Shown: positions 35,132-45,074 of the stretch, piece by piece | How positions within the stretch are numbered: position 1 is the stretch's first letter | Layout of the letters: each line of letters starts with the position of its first letter | DNA from: a virus | Lineage: Duplodnaviria > Caudoviricetes | Reading direction: 5' to 3' (one strand) | IMG/VR virus record: IMGVR_UViG_3300032561_000025 | Coordinates: 1-58,715 of that record | DNA length: 58,715 nt | Program-made: the position numbers and the translations under genes | The notes under the pieces: generated by a model | Databases searched by the model: none | What the model saw: the letters and a program-made list of their open reading frames with translations, nothing else | Told to the model about the DNA's origin: nothing

Positions 35132-37494
35132 CAGTAGGTGTTTCCAAGGCGACCAAGGATCCGGCACTGGGAAATGCGGAAGGTAAGCCCCGGAGTTGCA
35201 GCCTGAATCTTAACCCTGAAGAAACGTCCCGCCGCCTTCACGTTCGTCTTGGTGACGTAATTCTTGTTCCCCTGAACCATCAGCACAATCGGAGCCGACC
35301 ACTTGATGTCATCATCATAGTTTGCCCGAGCACCGATATAGACAAAGATCGGCATCGCCACAGAACGCTTGGACTTGGTTTGGATCGAGAACCACTGGGT
35401 GTCCGCGTACTTCCATGTGAGAGGATCCCCTCCGTCGTGATCCACCGATTCGTAAACCGAGCAGATCGGATCGCCAATGCGGTCCGTGGCTCCGTTGTCA
35501 TAAACCATCAGGCCAGCGGCGTTGTTTAAATTGAGCGTTGCCGCAGGAGCTAGGAAATATGGATTTATCCCGGTCCCCGCCACATAGCCGAATGCCGCCG
35601 CGATTTGCTCGTCTGCCGTTGAGCGGGCCTGAAGAACCGACAAAGCGGGCCATGCGCCATTCGTGTACCAGTACGAGTTGAAGAAGTTCAAAAACTCAAG
35701 CGGATCCTGAGGACCCGTTGCCGTGGGATGCGCGGTATTGTAAAGATCCCTCGCAGCCGTAGGAGACATCGTAGGCTGTAGCGGGGGCGCATCCGTCTGT
35801 ACCGCCATAACCGGGTAGGCGGGATAGGCGTCCGATACCTCGTCTGCCCACTCCGCTGAAGCCGTAAATGACTGTGGGTTTGCCCATGTTCCGCTTACCG
35901 TGCTCCAGATGTAATCCTGATTCCAGTCGATCCTTCCCATCGCCGTGATCGCGCTGAATGCCGTCGAATAATCATCAATGGTGCAGGAGTTTTCGACGTA
36001 GTTGTAAATGAATACGCGAAGGGATCCGGTTCCAAACTGCGTCACCCGAGGGTAAATAAACCAGATTTCGAAGTCCTTCTCGTTGTGGAATCCGATGATC
36101 TCGCTCGCCCGAGACAGATCCAACTCCTCCTTTAACTGCTTGTAGTGCTGCTGGGCAATCGGAGTCAGCGTGCTGCTGCCTTGGTAGCAGTAGATTCCAC
36201 GGTTTCCCCAGAGGTAGATCCTGTCCTGACCCACCTTCACAAAGGAATAATCACCGACCAGACCCTCGTCGGTTATCTCCGGGCGAAGGAAAAAAGTCCC
36301 GTTGCCAACACCCGTGTACTGCAACGACTGGATCGAGCGGTTCTTGAAGATGTAGGCGTAGTCCGAAATCGTATCAACGTGCAGGATCGGACCGTTCACC
36401 AAGGATCCCGTGTTCACCAGTTCCCCCGCACCGTTCGCGTCCACGGTGAAAATCTGGGTCCCAATTGGGAATACAGTTCCTTCCGCTGCCGCGCCTGTCA
36501 GATCCTGAGGAACGACGGTGAATCCAAAGATTTCATTGATCGGCTCCGCGAACACGCTCACCGCATCGTTTAAACCGATGTTCGTCACGTTGACGTAGGA
36601 CTGGCCGACAATGAACTCTCCAGCGTTGTGTCCCCCGGTCCCAGAGGATCCGACGCCAACCCTCTTTAAGACCATCGTGTTGTTCACAGTGTCGATGCTG
36701 TTTACAACGTAAATGTCCTGCCCCGGAGATCCTACCGGGCCAATCGACACATAGACGCCGGGCTCAAAAAGCGGGATAGTGGAAACCGAAACAACCACCG
36801 TGTCCCCGGCATTTGGGTTCGCAAAATCAGCCGACAGGGCAAGCACCGCTCCAGATGCTGCAACCGCCGCCGTGTTCACCCGCATGATGTTGCTGGGATT
36901 TGATGCGAAGCAGATCCGAGTCTGTGCCTCGTAGGGGACGTAGGATTGCAGGAAAATATCCTTAGTGACACCGGCTGGGACGGTCTGGGTAAATCCGGAT
37001 GCGGTCCCCACGATACCGCTTGCAGGCAGAACGCTTCCAACTTGGAAGAACGTGAACGTGGGATCAGTGTCGATCCGAAGGAATTGCAACGCCTGAAGCC
37101 CCGTGGGATTCTGATCGACGTAGATGTAATCGCTCTCGACCCCAACCGCAGGAAGCGTGAATACTGCGGTCGTGTTGAAGACAAAGCTGCTCGCCGTTGT
37201 CCCCACCGGAATCCACATCGTAAAGTCATTCTGGTCGGACCACTTCAATATGTCTCTGCTCCACAGCAAAATGAATCCCTGAAACGCATTGACTCCCTTA
37301 TACGTTGTCCCGGCAGGAAGTCCGGGGATCACGGAAACGGACGGGGATGACGCATCCCACATCACGGGAGCAACATCCGGATGCGTTACAAGAACCTTGT
37401 TCAGGTAATTGCAGCAGACGAACCTTCGACCGGGGCGGGCAATTCGCCTTCCGAAATCAGTGATTGGACTGAGCGTGGCCGAGAGCGCACCCAT
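35131..37494 (-). CDS. Tail nozzle / tail tubular protein B-like beta-propeller (C-terminal part)
   Basis: WSD..D...W, YIFK.RSI, IY.Y.G....I, EIWFIYP and GRFFRVKI, a P22 gp10 / T7 gp12-like pattern. Confidence 0.7.
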   Translation of the reverse strand: MGALSATLSPITDFGRRIARPGRRFVCCNYLNKVLVTHPDVAPVMWDASSPSVSVIPGLPAGTTYKGVNAFQGFILLWSRDILKWSDQNDFTMWIPVGTTASSFVFNTTAVFTLPAVGVESDYIYVDQNPTGLQALQFLRIDTDPTFTFFQVGSVLPASGIVGTASGFTQTVPAGVTKDIFLQSYVPYEAQTRICFASNPSNIMRVNTAAVAASGAVLALSADFANPNAGDTVVVSVSTIPLFEPGVYVSIGPVGSPGQDIYVVNSIDTVNNTMVLKRVGVGSSGTGGHNAGEFIVGQSYVNVTNIGLNDAVSVFAEPINEIFGFTVVPQDLTGAAAEGTVFPIGTQIFTVDANGAGELVNTGSLVNGPILHVDTISDYAYIFKNRSIQSLQYTGVGNGTFFLRPEITDEGLVGDYSFVKVGQDRIYLWGNRGIYCYQGSSTLTPIAQQHYKQLKEELDLSRASEIIGFHNEKDFEIWFIYPRVTQFGTGSLRVFIYNYVENSCTIDDYSTAFSAITAMGRIDWNQDYIWSTVSGTWANPQSFTASAEWADEVSDAYPAYPVMAVQTDAPPLQPTMSPTAARDLYNTAHPTATGPQDPLEFLNFFNSYWYTNGAWPALSVLQARSTADEQIAAAFGYVAGTGINPYFLAPAATLNLNNAAGLMVYDNGATDRIGDPICSVYESVDHDGGDPLTWKYADTQWFSIQTKSKRSVAMPIFVYIGARANYDDDIKWSAPIVLMVQGNKNYVTKTNVKAAGRFFRVKIQAATPGLTFRISQCRILGRLGNTY

Positions 37495-37544
37495 GATGGG
37501 GTCACTATCACGACCCCATGCGATTTGCCAGTTTAAACGATCCC

Positions 37545-38144
37545 TCAGTCCCTGATGTCCGTACCGCGCTGCGAGATAATTCTGGGAAGAACGGTGTAAA
37601 CCCGCATCCTCGGGAAGCTGTCCAGAACCAACGCCAGATCAATCGGAGCCCAGATTTTCCTCTGGGTAGCTACCAGCATGGGAACTGCCTTCGGCCAGAC
37701 GATGTACCCGTGGGTGCATTGCGGCCAAGCAACATGAAACACCTCACCCTTAATCTGTAGCCTTGGTTTGTCGAACGTGTTGCAGGAACCGACCATAAGG
37801 ATGTCCGCATCCTTCGGGGTGTCCTCCAAGGCCATCTCCATCCGTTCCTTCCAGTCCTCGCAGAACAGAGCATCGTCCTCAAGGATCATCGTCGGCTCTC
37901 CCCATGCGGAAACGATCTGCCACGCGATATGGTGGCTCAACGCAAGCCCCACCGTCTTCGGACCCATGAGGTATCCGGATCCGGGGTTGTCTATCTCGTA
38001 GGGGATCGTGGTGCGCAATCCTGACATGGGACCGTTCACCCCATCCATGACATGAGGCATGGGAAGCCCAAGGGAAGCCATGTGCTTCAGGGTTTCGTCG
38101 CGGCGTCCGGTGCTTTCCGGAAGGGAAATCATCAGGCTTTTCAT
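37545..38144 (-). CDS. Glycosyltransferase family 25
   Basis: ISL...RR, G.ALSH...W, ILEDDA, THGYIV and PID motifs. Confidence 0.85.
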   Translation of the reverse strand: MKSLMISLPESTGRRDETLKHMASLGLPMPHVMDGVNGPMSGLRTTIPYEIDNPGSGYLMGPKTVGLALSHHIAWQIVSAWGEPTMILEDDALFCEDWKERMEMALEDTPKDADILMVGSCNTFDKPRLQIKGEVFHVAWPQCTHGYIVWPKAVPMLVATQRKIWAPIDLALVLDSFPRMRVYTVLPRIISQRGTDIRD

Positions 38145-39112
38145 AAATATTTCAAAGGTGTTCCAGTGAACCATTCGACTTCCGGCTTGGTTGGAACCGG
38201 GAACTTCGCACCGATCAGTGTTTCCTCGCGCAGGTATTTAAGATCCCTACCGTTTCCAAAATCATTCGGGCTCCATCCAGCCTCCGCTCGCACAAGTTCA
38301 AGAATCCTGTGGCTCTTGTCCTTTGGAGAAACGCCGGGATCTGAACGCACCATTGAATTTTTCTCAGCCCGCGCCATGTCCTCGCTTTCGAGAAGCCCCA
38401 TTTTCCTGTCGAAGCAAAACTTGGCACCGCTCATTTCAAGGGCGATTCCGGTAACGATGTCCTCGTATCCCATGCCGTCGCACCGCTCGTCCCACCCGTT
38501 GATCTTCAGGAATGCTGTGACGGGGGAAACGATGCAGCACCCATAGAACCACCCGGATCCGCAGGGCATGACATCCGGAAGATCCTTTCCGCTCAGACGG
38601 ATCCTTTTTTCTCGGTGATCCTCACCCTGCTCCGTTTGTTTAAACGAAGCAATGGTTCCCGCAGGATTCATCTTCAGGTCGGACACTTTCTGGAAATTAC
38701 CCAAGGTGATGATGTCCCCGCGTTCCGTCGCCATCCGCACCCGCTTCAGCCAGCCGATTCGGAGGATGCTCAGATCGTCAACGTAAACGATCCACCCGTC
38801 CCTTGCGCAGCACAAGGCCGTGTTCCGCGCATTCGCTGCTGCAAAATAATCCCGCTTGGTCAGCCGGTGCGGCCCCTGCCAGACGGTCGGCTTCGGAGGG
38901 ATGTGGATGAACGGGAGCCGGGTCATGTTCGCAAACGTGAGCTTGCGCTGAGTCACGTTGTATGGAGTCCATCCCTCCATGTCTTGCATCCAGAAATCGA
39001 CAACGACGATCTCGATGTTCGCCCGGTCGTTTCCTATCTCCCGCTCAAGCGAGCGGAAGAACCACTCGATCTGGGGGTTTAAACGGTTGGTGCAATATGC
39101 GATGGTCAACAT
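38141..39112 (-). CDS. GT-A fold (GT2-like) glycosyltransferase
   Basis: EIVVVD, A.ARNTAL..A....IVYVDD and NGWDE..G.GYED motifs. Confidence 0.8.
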   Translation of the reverse strand: MLTIAYCTNRLNPQIEWFFRSLEREIGNDRANIEIVVVDFWMQDMEGWTPYNVTQRKLTFANMTRLPFIHIPPKPTVWQGPHRLTKRDYFAAANARNTALCCARDGWIVYVDDLSILRIGWLKRVRMATERGDIITLGNFQKVSDLKMNPAGTIASFKQTEQGEDHREKRIRLSGKDLPDVMPCGSGWFYGCCIVSPVTAFLKINGWDERCDGMGYEDIVTGIALEMSGAKFCFDRKMGLLESEDMARAEKNSMVRSDPGVSPKDKSHRILELVRAEAGWSPNDFGNGRDLKYLREETLIGAKFPVPTKPEVEWFTGTPLKYL

Positions 39113-40956
39113 AGGCTGATTCTTTGGAACATGGCACCGGTTCCCATCCGGAAAAGCATCTTGAATCCGAGTCTCTTTGTCAGGATTGCCGCCCCCTCGG
39201 ACACGTTTCCACCGGACCACATCAGATCGTCCATGTAGCAGAAACCACCGAGAATAACCTTGGGCGCGAAACGCTCGACATCGACGGTGGCTTGGCTCGC
39301 GTGATTCCCGTCGATCAGCAGGAAGCCTATCCCCTCCGGTGCGTCAACGGCGTCCGACCGCTTGCGGTGAACTTGAACGATGTCGGCGACCCTGAAACGG
39401 TCCAGCGCGGACAGGAAGGAACGGTAGATGCTTTCGTGATCCAGCTTGCCCCACCACTCCGCGTTGTTCTCGGTTTCTCCCTCGATGGAATCCTTCGGGT
39501 TCCACGGATCGATGCCGTGGATGGTTCCGGTCCCCACCGCACGCATCGCAAGGGCCACTGAAATCAGCGAGCGGCCACCGTACACTCCAATCTCGACCAC
39601 GACCTCCGGGCGGTAGGCCAGCACCAGCGAGGCGAAGACGATGTTGTTCTCGGTCAAAGACCAGCCGGGAAGGCGGGAGATTTCGTTGATGATCGTGTTG
39701 ATGATGTCGAGCGTCTTCGCAACGGTCCCCGTGGGAACGTCGATCATCCTCGGCGCGATCTCTTCCTTTTTCTCGGCCTGCCCGTTTACGAGCGCATCGT
39801 ACATTTCCTTGCTGATCTCGCTAACGCCTCCCCGTGTGACGCAATCATCGATCACCATCGGGTTGTCGGATGCGATCACGCCTCCGAATCCCTGCTTGGT
39901 CGGTGTCCACGGGACGCTGCGGATCTGGCTGGCGCGAAGCGGAATCGAAATGTCCTGACTGAAGAAATGGAAAACCTTTGGGAATCTCATTTCGCTGACC
40001 GGCTGGAACGGAAGCATCCGCAGGTCGAATGATCCAAGGGCGCAGTAGGAGTCGTTCACCCCCATAGAGACGAGCATCTGATCCGGGTCGCCCTCCTCAG
40101 GAACAAGGCCGCAGGGGAACACCACCAGCGGAAGACCGGCGTGATTCGGCGGCTCGAAATTCGTCGGGTCGTTCATGCTTCCCCTCAGGAGGGGCGGCGT
40201 GATGTCGATGATTTCGAATGGGGGCTTCTGGCTGAAGGTGTATGCGCCCATGTAGTAGCGGCGGCGGCGCACCGGATGGGGCATATAACCGTGGTAGAAG
40301 GACAGCATCTTTCCGCGCCACGGGACCGGCGGGGTGCCTCCCGAGAGCGGTCCCCACTGCCAGCAAAAATTCTTGTCATCGTGTGCGTCCCACCGTCCCA
40401 GCACCTCCCCGGTGTCCGGGTTCACCTCGACCACCTTGTGCGGGTAAGTCCAGTAGATGAAGTACAGATGGTCGCCGATGTAGAAAAACTGCCAGTTCTT
40501 CTGCTGCTTGTCCGGGGTTCCGTTCCCCTCGTACTTGATGATCGGGAGCAGTTCCGCAGACTGGATCGAATTTCCGTTCCGGATCCGCGCCAAGCGAACG
40601 CACGGGGGACGCTTCAGATCGTCGGTCGCGTGGACGAAGCAGATCAGCAGATCACCGTTCGGGCAGCGAATCACCCTCGGATCCTCGGCATGGCCGTCCT
40701 CCGGAAAACCCGGAAGGTCGATCTCATGCACCAGATTCATGTTGATTCCGTCCGGTGCGCCGGTCGGCTTTTGCCATGCCAGCTTGAATACCAGCCGCTT
40801 GCTGCCGTTTTCCTCGGCATACCGCACGATCCGCGTGCAGAGAAGAAGCTCGCCATTAATTCGAACCATCCCGCCGTTATATCCCCCGGCCTCGCTTTTC
40901 AGGAGCCGAACGGAAAATCCTTGCTGGGTTACGGATGGGATGGGGTCGGTTGTCAT
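39106..40956 (-). CDS. Fusion of a five-bladed beta-propeller glycoside enzyme (GH130/GT91-like) and a class I SAM methyltransferase (Methyltransf_24-like)
   Basis: EDPR, KNW.FF, GGTPP, VVFPCG and G.ND in the N-terminal part; VEIGVYGGRS, IDPW and IDGNH in the C-terminal part. Confidence 0.75.
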   Translation of the reverse strand: MTTDPIPSVTQQGFSVRLLKSEAGGYNGGMVRINGELLLCTRIVRYAEENGSKRLVFKLAWQKPTGAPDGINMNLVHEIDLPGFPEDGHAEDPRVIRCPNGDLLICFVHATDDLKRPPCVRLARIRNGNSIQSAELLPIIKYEGNGTPDKQQKNWQFFYIGDHLYFIYWTYPHKVVEVNPDTGEVLGRWDAHDDKNFCWQWGPLSGGTPPVPWRGKMLSFYHGYMPHPVRRRRYYMGAYTFSQKPPFEIIDITPPLLRGSMNDPTNFEPPNHAGLPLVVFPCGLVPEEGDPDQMLVSMGVNDSYCALGSFDLRMLPFQPVSEMRFPKVFHFFSQDISIPLRASQIRSVPWTPTKQGFGGVIASDNPMVIDDCVTRGGVSEISKEMYDALVNGQAEKKEEIAPRMIDVPTGTVAKTLDIINTIINEISRLPGWSLTENNIVFASLVLAYRPEVVVEIGVYGGRSLISVALAMRAVGTGTIHGIDPWNPKDSIEGETENNAEWWGKLDHESIYRSFLSALDRFRVADIVQVHRKRSDAVDAPEGIGFLLIDGNHASQATVDVERFAPKVILGGFCYMDDLMWSGGNVSEGAAILTKRLGFKMLFRMGTGAMFQRISLC

Positions 40957-40961
40957 AAATT

Positions 40962-41010
40962 AATTCCCTAATTAGAGCTTGACGCATCGGGGTCAAGTCT
41001 TAAATTGGCC
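40962..41010. promoter_or_regulatory. Overlapping divergent promoters
   Basis: CTTGAC-N8-GTCAAG palindrome supplies -35 elements on both strands; AT-rich; ATGs at 40956 and 41016. Confidence 0.5.
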
Positions 41011-41015
41011 GGGCT

Positions 41016-42251
41016 ATGACTGAAATACCCTCCGAGTCAGAGAAAATCCCTGACGAGCCAAAGACCGAAATTGTTGAATTGTCCGCTCTGGAAACAATCG
41101 AGCGTGCTCAGATCGACTCCCAAATATCCACCGCACGGAAATTCCCCCGTGTGCTGTCCAAGGTAAAGGCCGATATGCTGACTTTCGCCACGCTGGACGA
41201 GGAAACCGCAGCCTCCTGCTTCTACACCCTTCCGCGAGGAGGGAAGGTAATTCAGGGGCCGAGCATCCGTCTGGCCGAAATTGCGGTCAGTTGCTACGGG
41301 AATATGCGGACCGGGGCTCGCGTGATCGACGTACAGGCGTCCGGGGACAACCCCCATGTCGTTGTCCAAGCCGTCGCGCATGACCTCGAAAGGAACCTCG
41401 CCATTTCCATCGAGAAACGGCGCAGGATCTTCAAGAAGAAGAACAAGCCGAATATTGACGAGGATGACATCAATCTCGCCTGCAACGCCTGCATCGCCAT
41501 CGCCTTCCGCGATGCCGCCTTCAAGGTGGTCCCCCTCGCCCTGATTAAGCCCGTTTTCGACCGGGCGAAGCGGGTTGCGGTCGGCGAGGTCAGCAGCCTT
41601 GTCGAGAAACGCGGGAAAATCATCGACCGCCTGAAGCAGATGGGCGTCATGGAAAACCGTATTTTGGCAGTCGTTGACTGTCAGAAGGTTGAGGATGTCA
41701 CCATCGACAAGCTCGAAATCCTGATCGGCCTCGGGACCGCTCTCAAGGATGGAGAGACAACCATCGAGGAGGCATTCCCCACCGCCCCCCAGACCGAACT
41801 TCGCAGGCCGTTGTTTAAACAAGCGGACTCGGCCCATCCCGCCGGAACCACGGGATCGCCACCGGCCAGCGGTTCTGCCCCGGCCACATCGGCGGCAGAC
41901 TCCCACCCGGATCTTGAGGCGCAGACTCCTCCCGCTGCCCCGCCGCAGCCTCAGGAACCGCCCAAGCGCGGCCCCGGTCGCCCGAGGAAGGTACAGGATG
42001 CCCCACCGGCTCCCACGGCCCCCAGCGAGCCTGAAATCACCCCGCAGGAGCGCGAGACGATGATCAACCGGATGCAGCAGGAGATGCTGAACGGGAACGT
42101 CAGCGAAACTCGCCTCTTCGCCTACGCCAAGAATCTGCCCGGCATGGTTCACGAAGGCGCGGCAAGCGTGTGGGAACTGAAATCCTCCGCTCTTGCCAAG
42201 CTGGAAAAGGCAATAACCGGGCTTTCGACAATTCCCCATCCCCCAGCCTAA
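41016..42251 (+). CDS. Putative ssDNA-annealing / recombination protein
   Basis: A..FPR...CFY.LPRGG..I.GPSIRLAE......GN pattern; adjacent to a Cas4-like nuclease. Confidence 0.55.
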   Translation: MTEIPSESEKIPDEPKTEIVELSALETIERAQIDSQISTARKFPRVLSKVKADMLTFATLDEETAASCFYTLPRGGKVIQGPSIRLAEIAVSCYGNMRTGARVIDVQASGDNPHVVVQAVAHDLERNLAISIEKRRRIFKKKNKPNIDEDDINLACNACIAIAFRDAAFKVVPLALIKPVFDRAKRVAVGEVSSLVEKRGKIIDRLKQMGVMENRILAVVDCQKVEDVTIDKLEILIGLGTALKDGETTIEEAFPTAPQTELRRPLFKQADSAHPAGTTGSPPASGSAPATSAADSHPDLEAQTPPAAPPQPQEPPKRGPGRPRKVQDAPPAPTAPSEPEITPQERETMINRMQQEMLNGNVSETRLFAYAKNLPGMVHEGAASVWELKSSALAKLEKAITGLSTIPHPPA

Positions 42252-42252
42252 C

Positions 42253-43398
42253 ATGAGCGAGGAAAATCCTTCCGTCGAAGTCGGGGAAAATCCTGACTCC
42301 CGTCGTGGCCTGCCAAGCGCATCGGAGTACCCCCGGATACATGGGTGTCCGGGGTATCTCCAGCTAAAGAGAAAATTACCCCATAGGGATCCGGTGGTTT
42401 TTGACTACACCGAGAGCGGAAAACGAATTCACGCTTATCTGGCTGATCCATCGTCTGATAAGAAAATGTTGGGGCTCAAGGACGAGGAAATTGAATTCGC
42501 TGTCCGGTGCTGGGAGCAGTGGATCTCCATGCTCGACAAATATTTCCCGGCAGTCGATCCCGCGACTGCCGTCGAGGATATTGTCGAGCGCAGAATATTC
42601 CTGAAGGGTCCGGACGGCAGGGATATTTTCAGCGGACAACTCGACCGAATCATGGTCGCGCCGAAATTAATCATCGGCACCGACTGGAAAACCGGACGCA
42701 TACCGGTTGAAAGCGTCGAGTCGAATATGCAGATCAGAGCCTATGTCGTTCTGATCGCAGAACTTCTAGGTTATGATCGGACCATCCTGATGTCGATCAT
42801 TCAGCCGTGGATTTCCCAGACTCCAATCCTCGTTGAATACGGCCCCGAGGAAATCAAGAAGGCGAGGGAGGAATTATTTGCCACCCTGCGCCTTGCCGAG
42901 GAGCCCAATGCCCTCCGGATCCCCGGTGAGCACTGCCGTTACTGCCCATGCCGGGCAAACTGCGAAGAAGCGAAATTTGTCACTATGGAGCTTTCCAAGG
43001 TAGAGCCCGCTACCCTTACCTCAAACGACCAGATTGCGGCCTTCCTAGGCCGTGTATCGCTTGCGGAAAAGGTCATTGAGGCGGTAAAGGCAGAGGCCAA
43101 GCGCAGGATCGAGGCCGGTGAGGTAATACCCGGATGGTGCCTTCGCCCCGGTCGCAAGATGGATGAAATCACCGATGCCGAGTTGGTTTTCACCCGCGCC
43201 TCAAATCTCGGCGTAACCCCACAGCAGTTCATGTCTGCCGTCAAAATCGTAAAGGGATCCCTGAAGGATGCCGTGAAAGCGGCCACCAATCAGAAGGGTA
43301 AATCATTGGACGAAACGATGGCAGTCCTGCTCGATGGTTGCGTCACGGAAAAGTTGGCGGCTTCGTTCCTAGCGCAGGAAACCAAACCGTCTGTTTAA
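42253..43398 (+). CDS. Cas4-like PD-(D/E)xK exonuclease (DUF2800-like)
   Basis: SAS...CPG, G..IH, D....DWKTG, Q..AY and G.HCRYCP....C (Fe-S cysteines). Confidence 0.8.
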   Translation: MSEENPSVEVGENPDSRRGLPSASEYPRIHGCPGYLQLKRKLPHRDPVVFDYTESGKRIHAYLADPSSDKKMLGLKDEEIEFAVRCWEQWISMLDKYFPAVDPATAVEDIVERRIFLKGPDGRDIFSGQLDRIMVAPKLIIGTDWKTGRIPVESVESNMQIRAYVVLIAELLGYDRTILMSIIQPWISQTPILVEYGPEEIKKAREELFATLRLAEEPNALRIPGEHCRYCPCRANCEEAKFVTMELSKVEPATLTSNDQIAAFLGRVSLAEKVIEAVKAEAKRRIEAGEVIPGWCLRPGRKMDEITDAELVFTRASNLGVTPQQFMSAVKIVKGSLKDAVKAATNQKGKSLDETMAVLLDGCVTEKLAASFLAQETKPSV

Positions 43399-43401
43399 AC
43401 A

Positions 43402-43563
43402 GTGATCTACTATCATCCCATAATTGTTTCCATCGCGGTAATTCTTGTTTTGTGTCCTGCGGCTTTTTACCTGATTTTCAGGTTGATGGACAAATACCAA
43501 GAAATTGACGATCCAACTCGCCGCCTTGGAAATCCGTTCGATCCGGATGACCGAAGACCGTGA
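43402..43563 (+). CDS. Small single-TM protein (53 aa, not in ORF track)
   Basis: GTG start; IIVSIAVILVLCPAAFYLIF hydrophobic helix. Confidence 0.45.
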   Translation: MIYYHPIIVSIAVILVLCPAAFYLIFRLMDKYQEIDDPTRRLGNPFDPDDRRP

Positions 43564-43678
43564 CGATAAGTTTTGGCTTGATATTACCCTAAACTGCTAA
43601 TAGTCCGTCATTCAACATTGAATAATCCGGAAATCCACAGGGGTTTCTAGCTGTGCCGAGCCGATCACTTCAAGGGGA

Positions 43679-43712
43679 GGGCTTGGGGGCGCACAACCCC
43701 CAAGCCCTTTTT
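43679..43712 (+). terminator. Intrinsic terminator
   Basis: GGGCTTGGGGG-cgcacaa-CCCCCAAGCCC followed by TTTTT. Confidence 0.8.
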
Positions 43713-43745
43713 GTTTCTTGAGCCCCCCGATGCCGAGCCGGGAAA

Positions 43746-44153
43746 TCAATTCTGCGCCGTGCCCTTGTGCGTTCCGTCAAGCTCTAGGATCAGGTGGTCG
43801 AGCTTGCTCTCCATCCGGTCCTGCTTTTGGTTTCCTAAGGCGATCAGTTCCTTCAACGACGCCATTTCCTTGTCCCTACCCTGAACCTGCTGCTGCCATT
43901 CGGCGCGAGGAACAAATAGGGCCATGTCGTGCTCAGTCGTATTCGTCTGGACGTACTGCTCAAGCGGCTTGAATCGGAGATCAATGTCTTTGAACTCTTG
44001 GTCGAATTGACCGCGAGCGTAGCTAATGCTAACGACGGTCCCGGCGATCCCCATCAATATAGGGATCAATGCTGCCATGATGATTTCTGCCCACCTCGAC
44101 CGCTTTTCGTCCTGATGGGAGGAGTTTTCGCCGTGGTAGGTCGGAGGACTCAT
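43746..44153 (-). CDS. Single-TM coiled-coil protein (lysis accessory, i-spanin-like)
   Basis: N-terminal TM helix then a coiled coil; last gene of the lysis cassette. Confidence 0.5.
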   Translation of the reverse strand: MSPPTYHGENSSHQDEKRSRWAEIIMAALIPILMGIAGTVVSISYARGQFDQEFKDIDLRFKPLEQYVQTNTTEHDMALFVPRAEWQQQVQGRDKEMASLKELIALGNQKQDRMESKLDHLILELDGTHKGTAQN

Positions 44154-44761
44154 GGTGTACCTTTTGTTAGACTCGCTGCATAAGTTGAAAGTTCATGGCA
44201 GTAAACCACCCCTCCCGGCTTGGGAGGAAGGATGTGGGTCACGCTGGGAAGGTCGGGATACCCGAGCAGCGGCAGATGCGGGACAACATCGTTTGCCATC
44301 TGAAACGCCGTTCCCTTCAGGGTCTTGAGGACGTTGATTGCCCGGTCCGAAATCATCTTCGGGCAGGCGAACAGGCAGTATTCCTTGGAGCCGTACTCGA
44401 CCGCCCATAATGCGGCCAGCGGACCTCCACGCGAATGCCCACCCACAATCGCCCAGTCGTACTCGTTTAAACTCTTGCCCGAGGACGTTCTCAGGCTCTC
44501 GTATGTTCCCCAGATACCAGCGGCCACCTCGCCGTATGGCGTATCGTCAGGCTCGATCTCGCAGTCTAGGATCCATTCTTCAAGCGTGCGGGTGCCTGCG
44601 AAGCCAATCGTCAGGCACCCCGTATCGTCAAGGCACACGGCCCCGTAGGGAACCATCCTGTCGCCCATGTCCAGACCGAGGATCGTGTCGATCACATGGA
44701 CGTTCGCAGCGGGTAGGGCATACGCCGCTGCGATTGCGGACAGGTACGGGGCCGGGTTCAT
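44150..44761 (-). CDS. Class 3 lipase (alpha/beta hydrolase)
   Basis: F.GT....EW..D, GHSRGG nucleophile elbow, NDVVP.LP and a C-terminal His. Confidence 0.85.
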   Translation of the reverse strand: MNPAPYLSAIAAAYALPAANVHVIDTILGLDMGDRMVPYGAVCLDDTGCLTIGFAGTRTLEEWILDCEIEPDDTPYGEVAAGIWGTYESLRTSSGKSLNEYDWAIVGGHSRGGPLAALWAVEYGSKEYCLFACPKMISDRAINVLKTLKGTAFQMANDVVPHLPLLGYPDLPSVTHILPPKPGGVVYCHELSTYAASLTKGTP

Positions 44762-44765
44762 GCGG

Positions 44766-45074
44766 CTACTTTAGCTGCATCGTGGTCGCCGCGCCCGCTC
44801 CGTTGACCACATCCAGTTGGAACACCGGATTCACGATGTCGTGGATGGTCACATGGAGTTCTTGGGCCGTGATCTCCGTGGAGGTCTTGGTGATGTTCTT
44901 CCCGGTGATGGTGCCTCCCGCACCGCCCGTCACGCCAACGACGAGGTTGAGTTGGCCGATGGTGCCGTTGGGGATGTGCTGGTTGATGAAGCCGTCAGGG
45001 GTGATGACGCAGCCGCCGAAGGCGAGGGCCAGAGGCAGCGAGATGAGAGTGGTCAGGATTCGTTTGATGTTCAT
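44766..45074 (-). CDS. Lipoprotein (o-spanin-like)
   Basis: MNIKRILTTLISLPLALAFGG-C lipobox; ATG at 45074. Confidence 0.6.
   Translation of the reverse strand: MNIKRILTTLISLPLALAFGGCVITPDGFINQHIPNGTIGQLNLVVGVTGGAGGTITGKNITKTSTEITAQELHVTIHDIVNPVFQLDVVNGAGAATTMQLK

Noticed and set aside
42253-43398. Cas4-like gene as part of a CRISPR-Cas system
   Set aside because: No array or other cas genes are present; solo Cas4-like nucleases beside annealases are common in phages.
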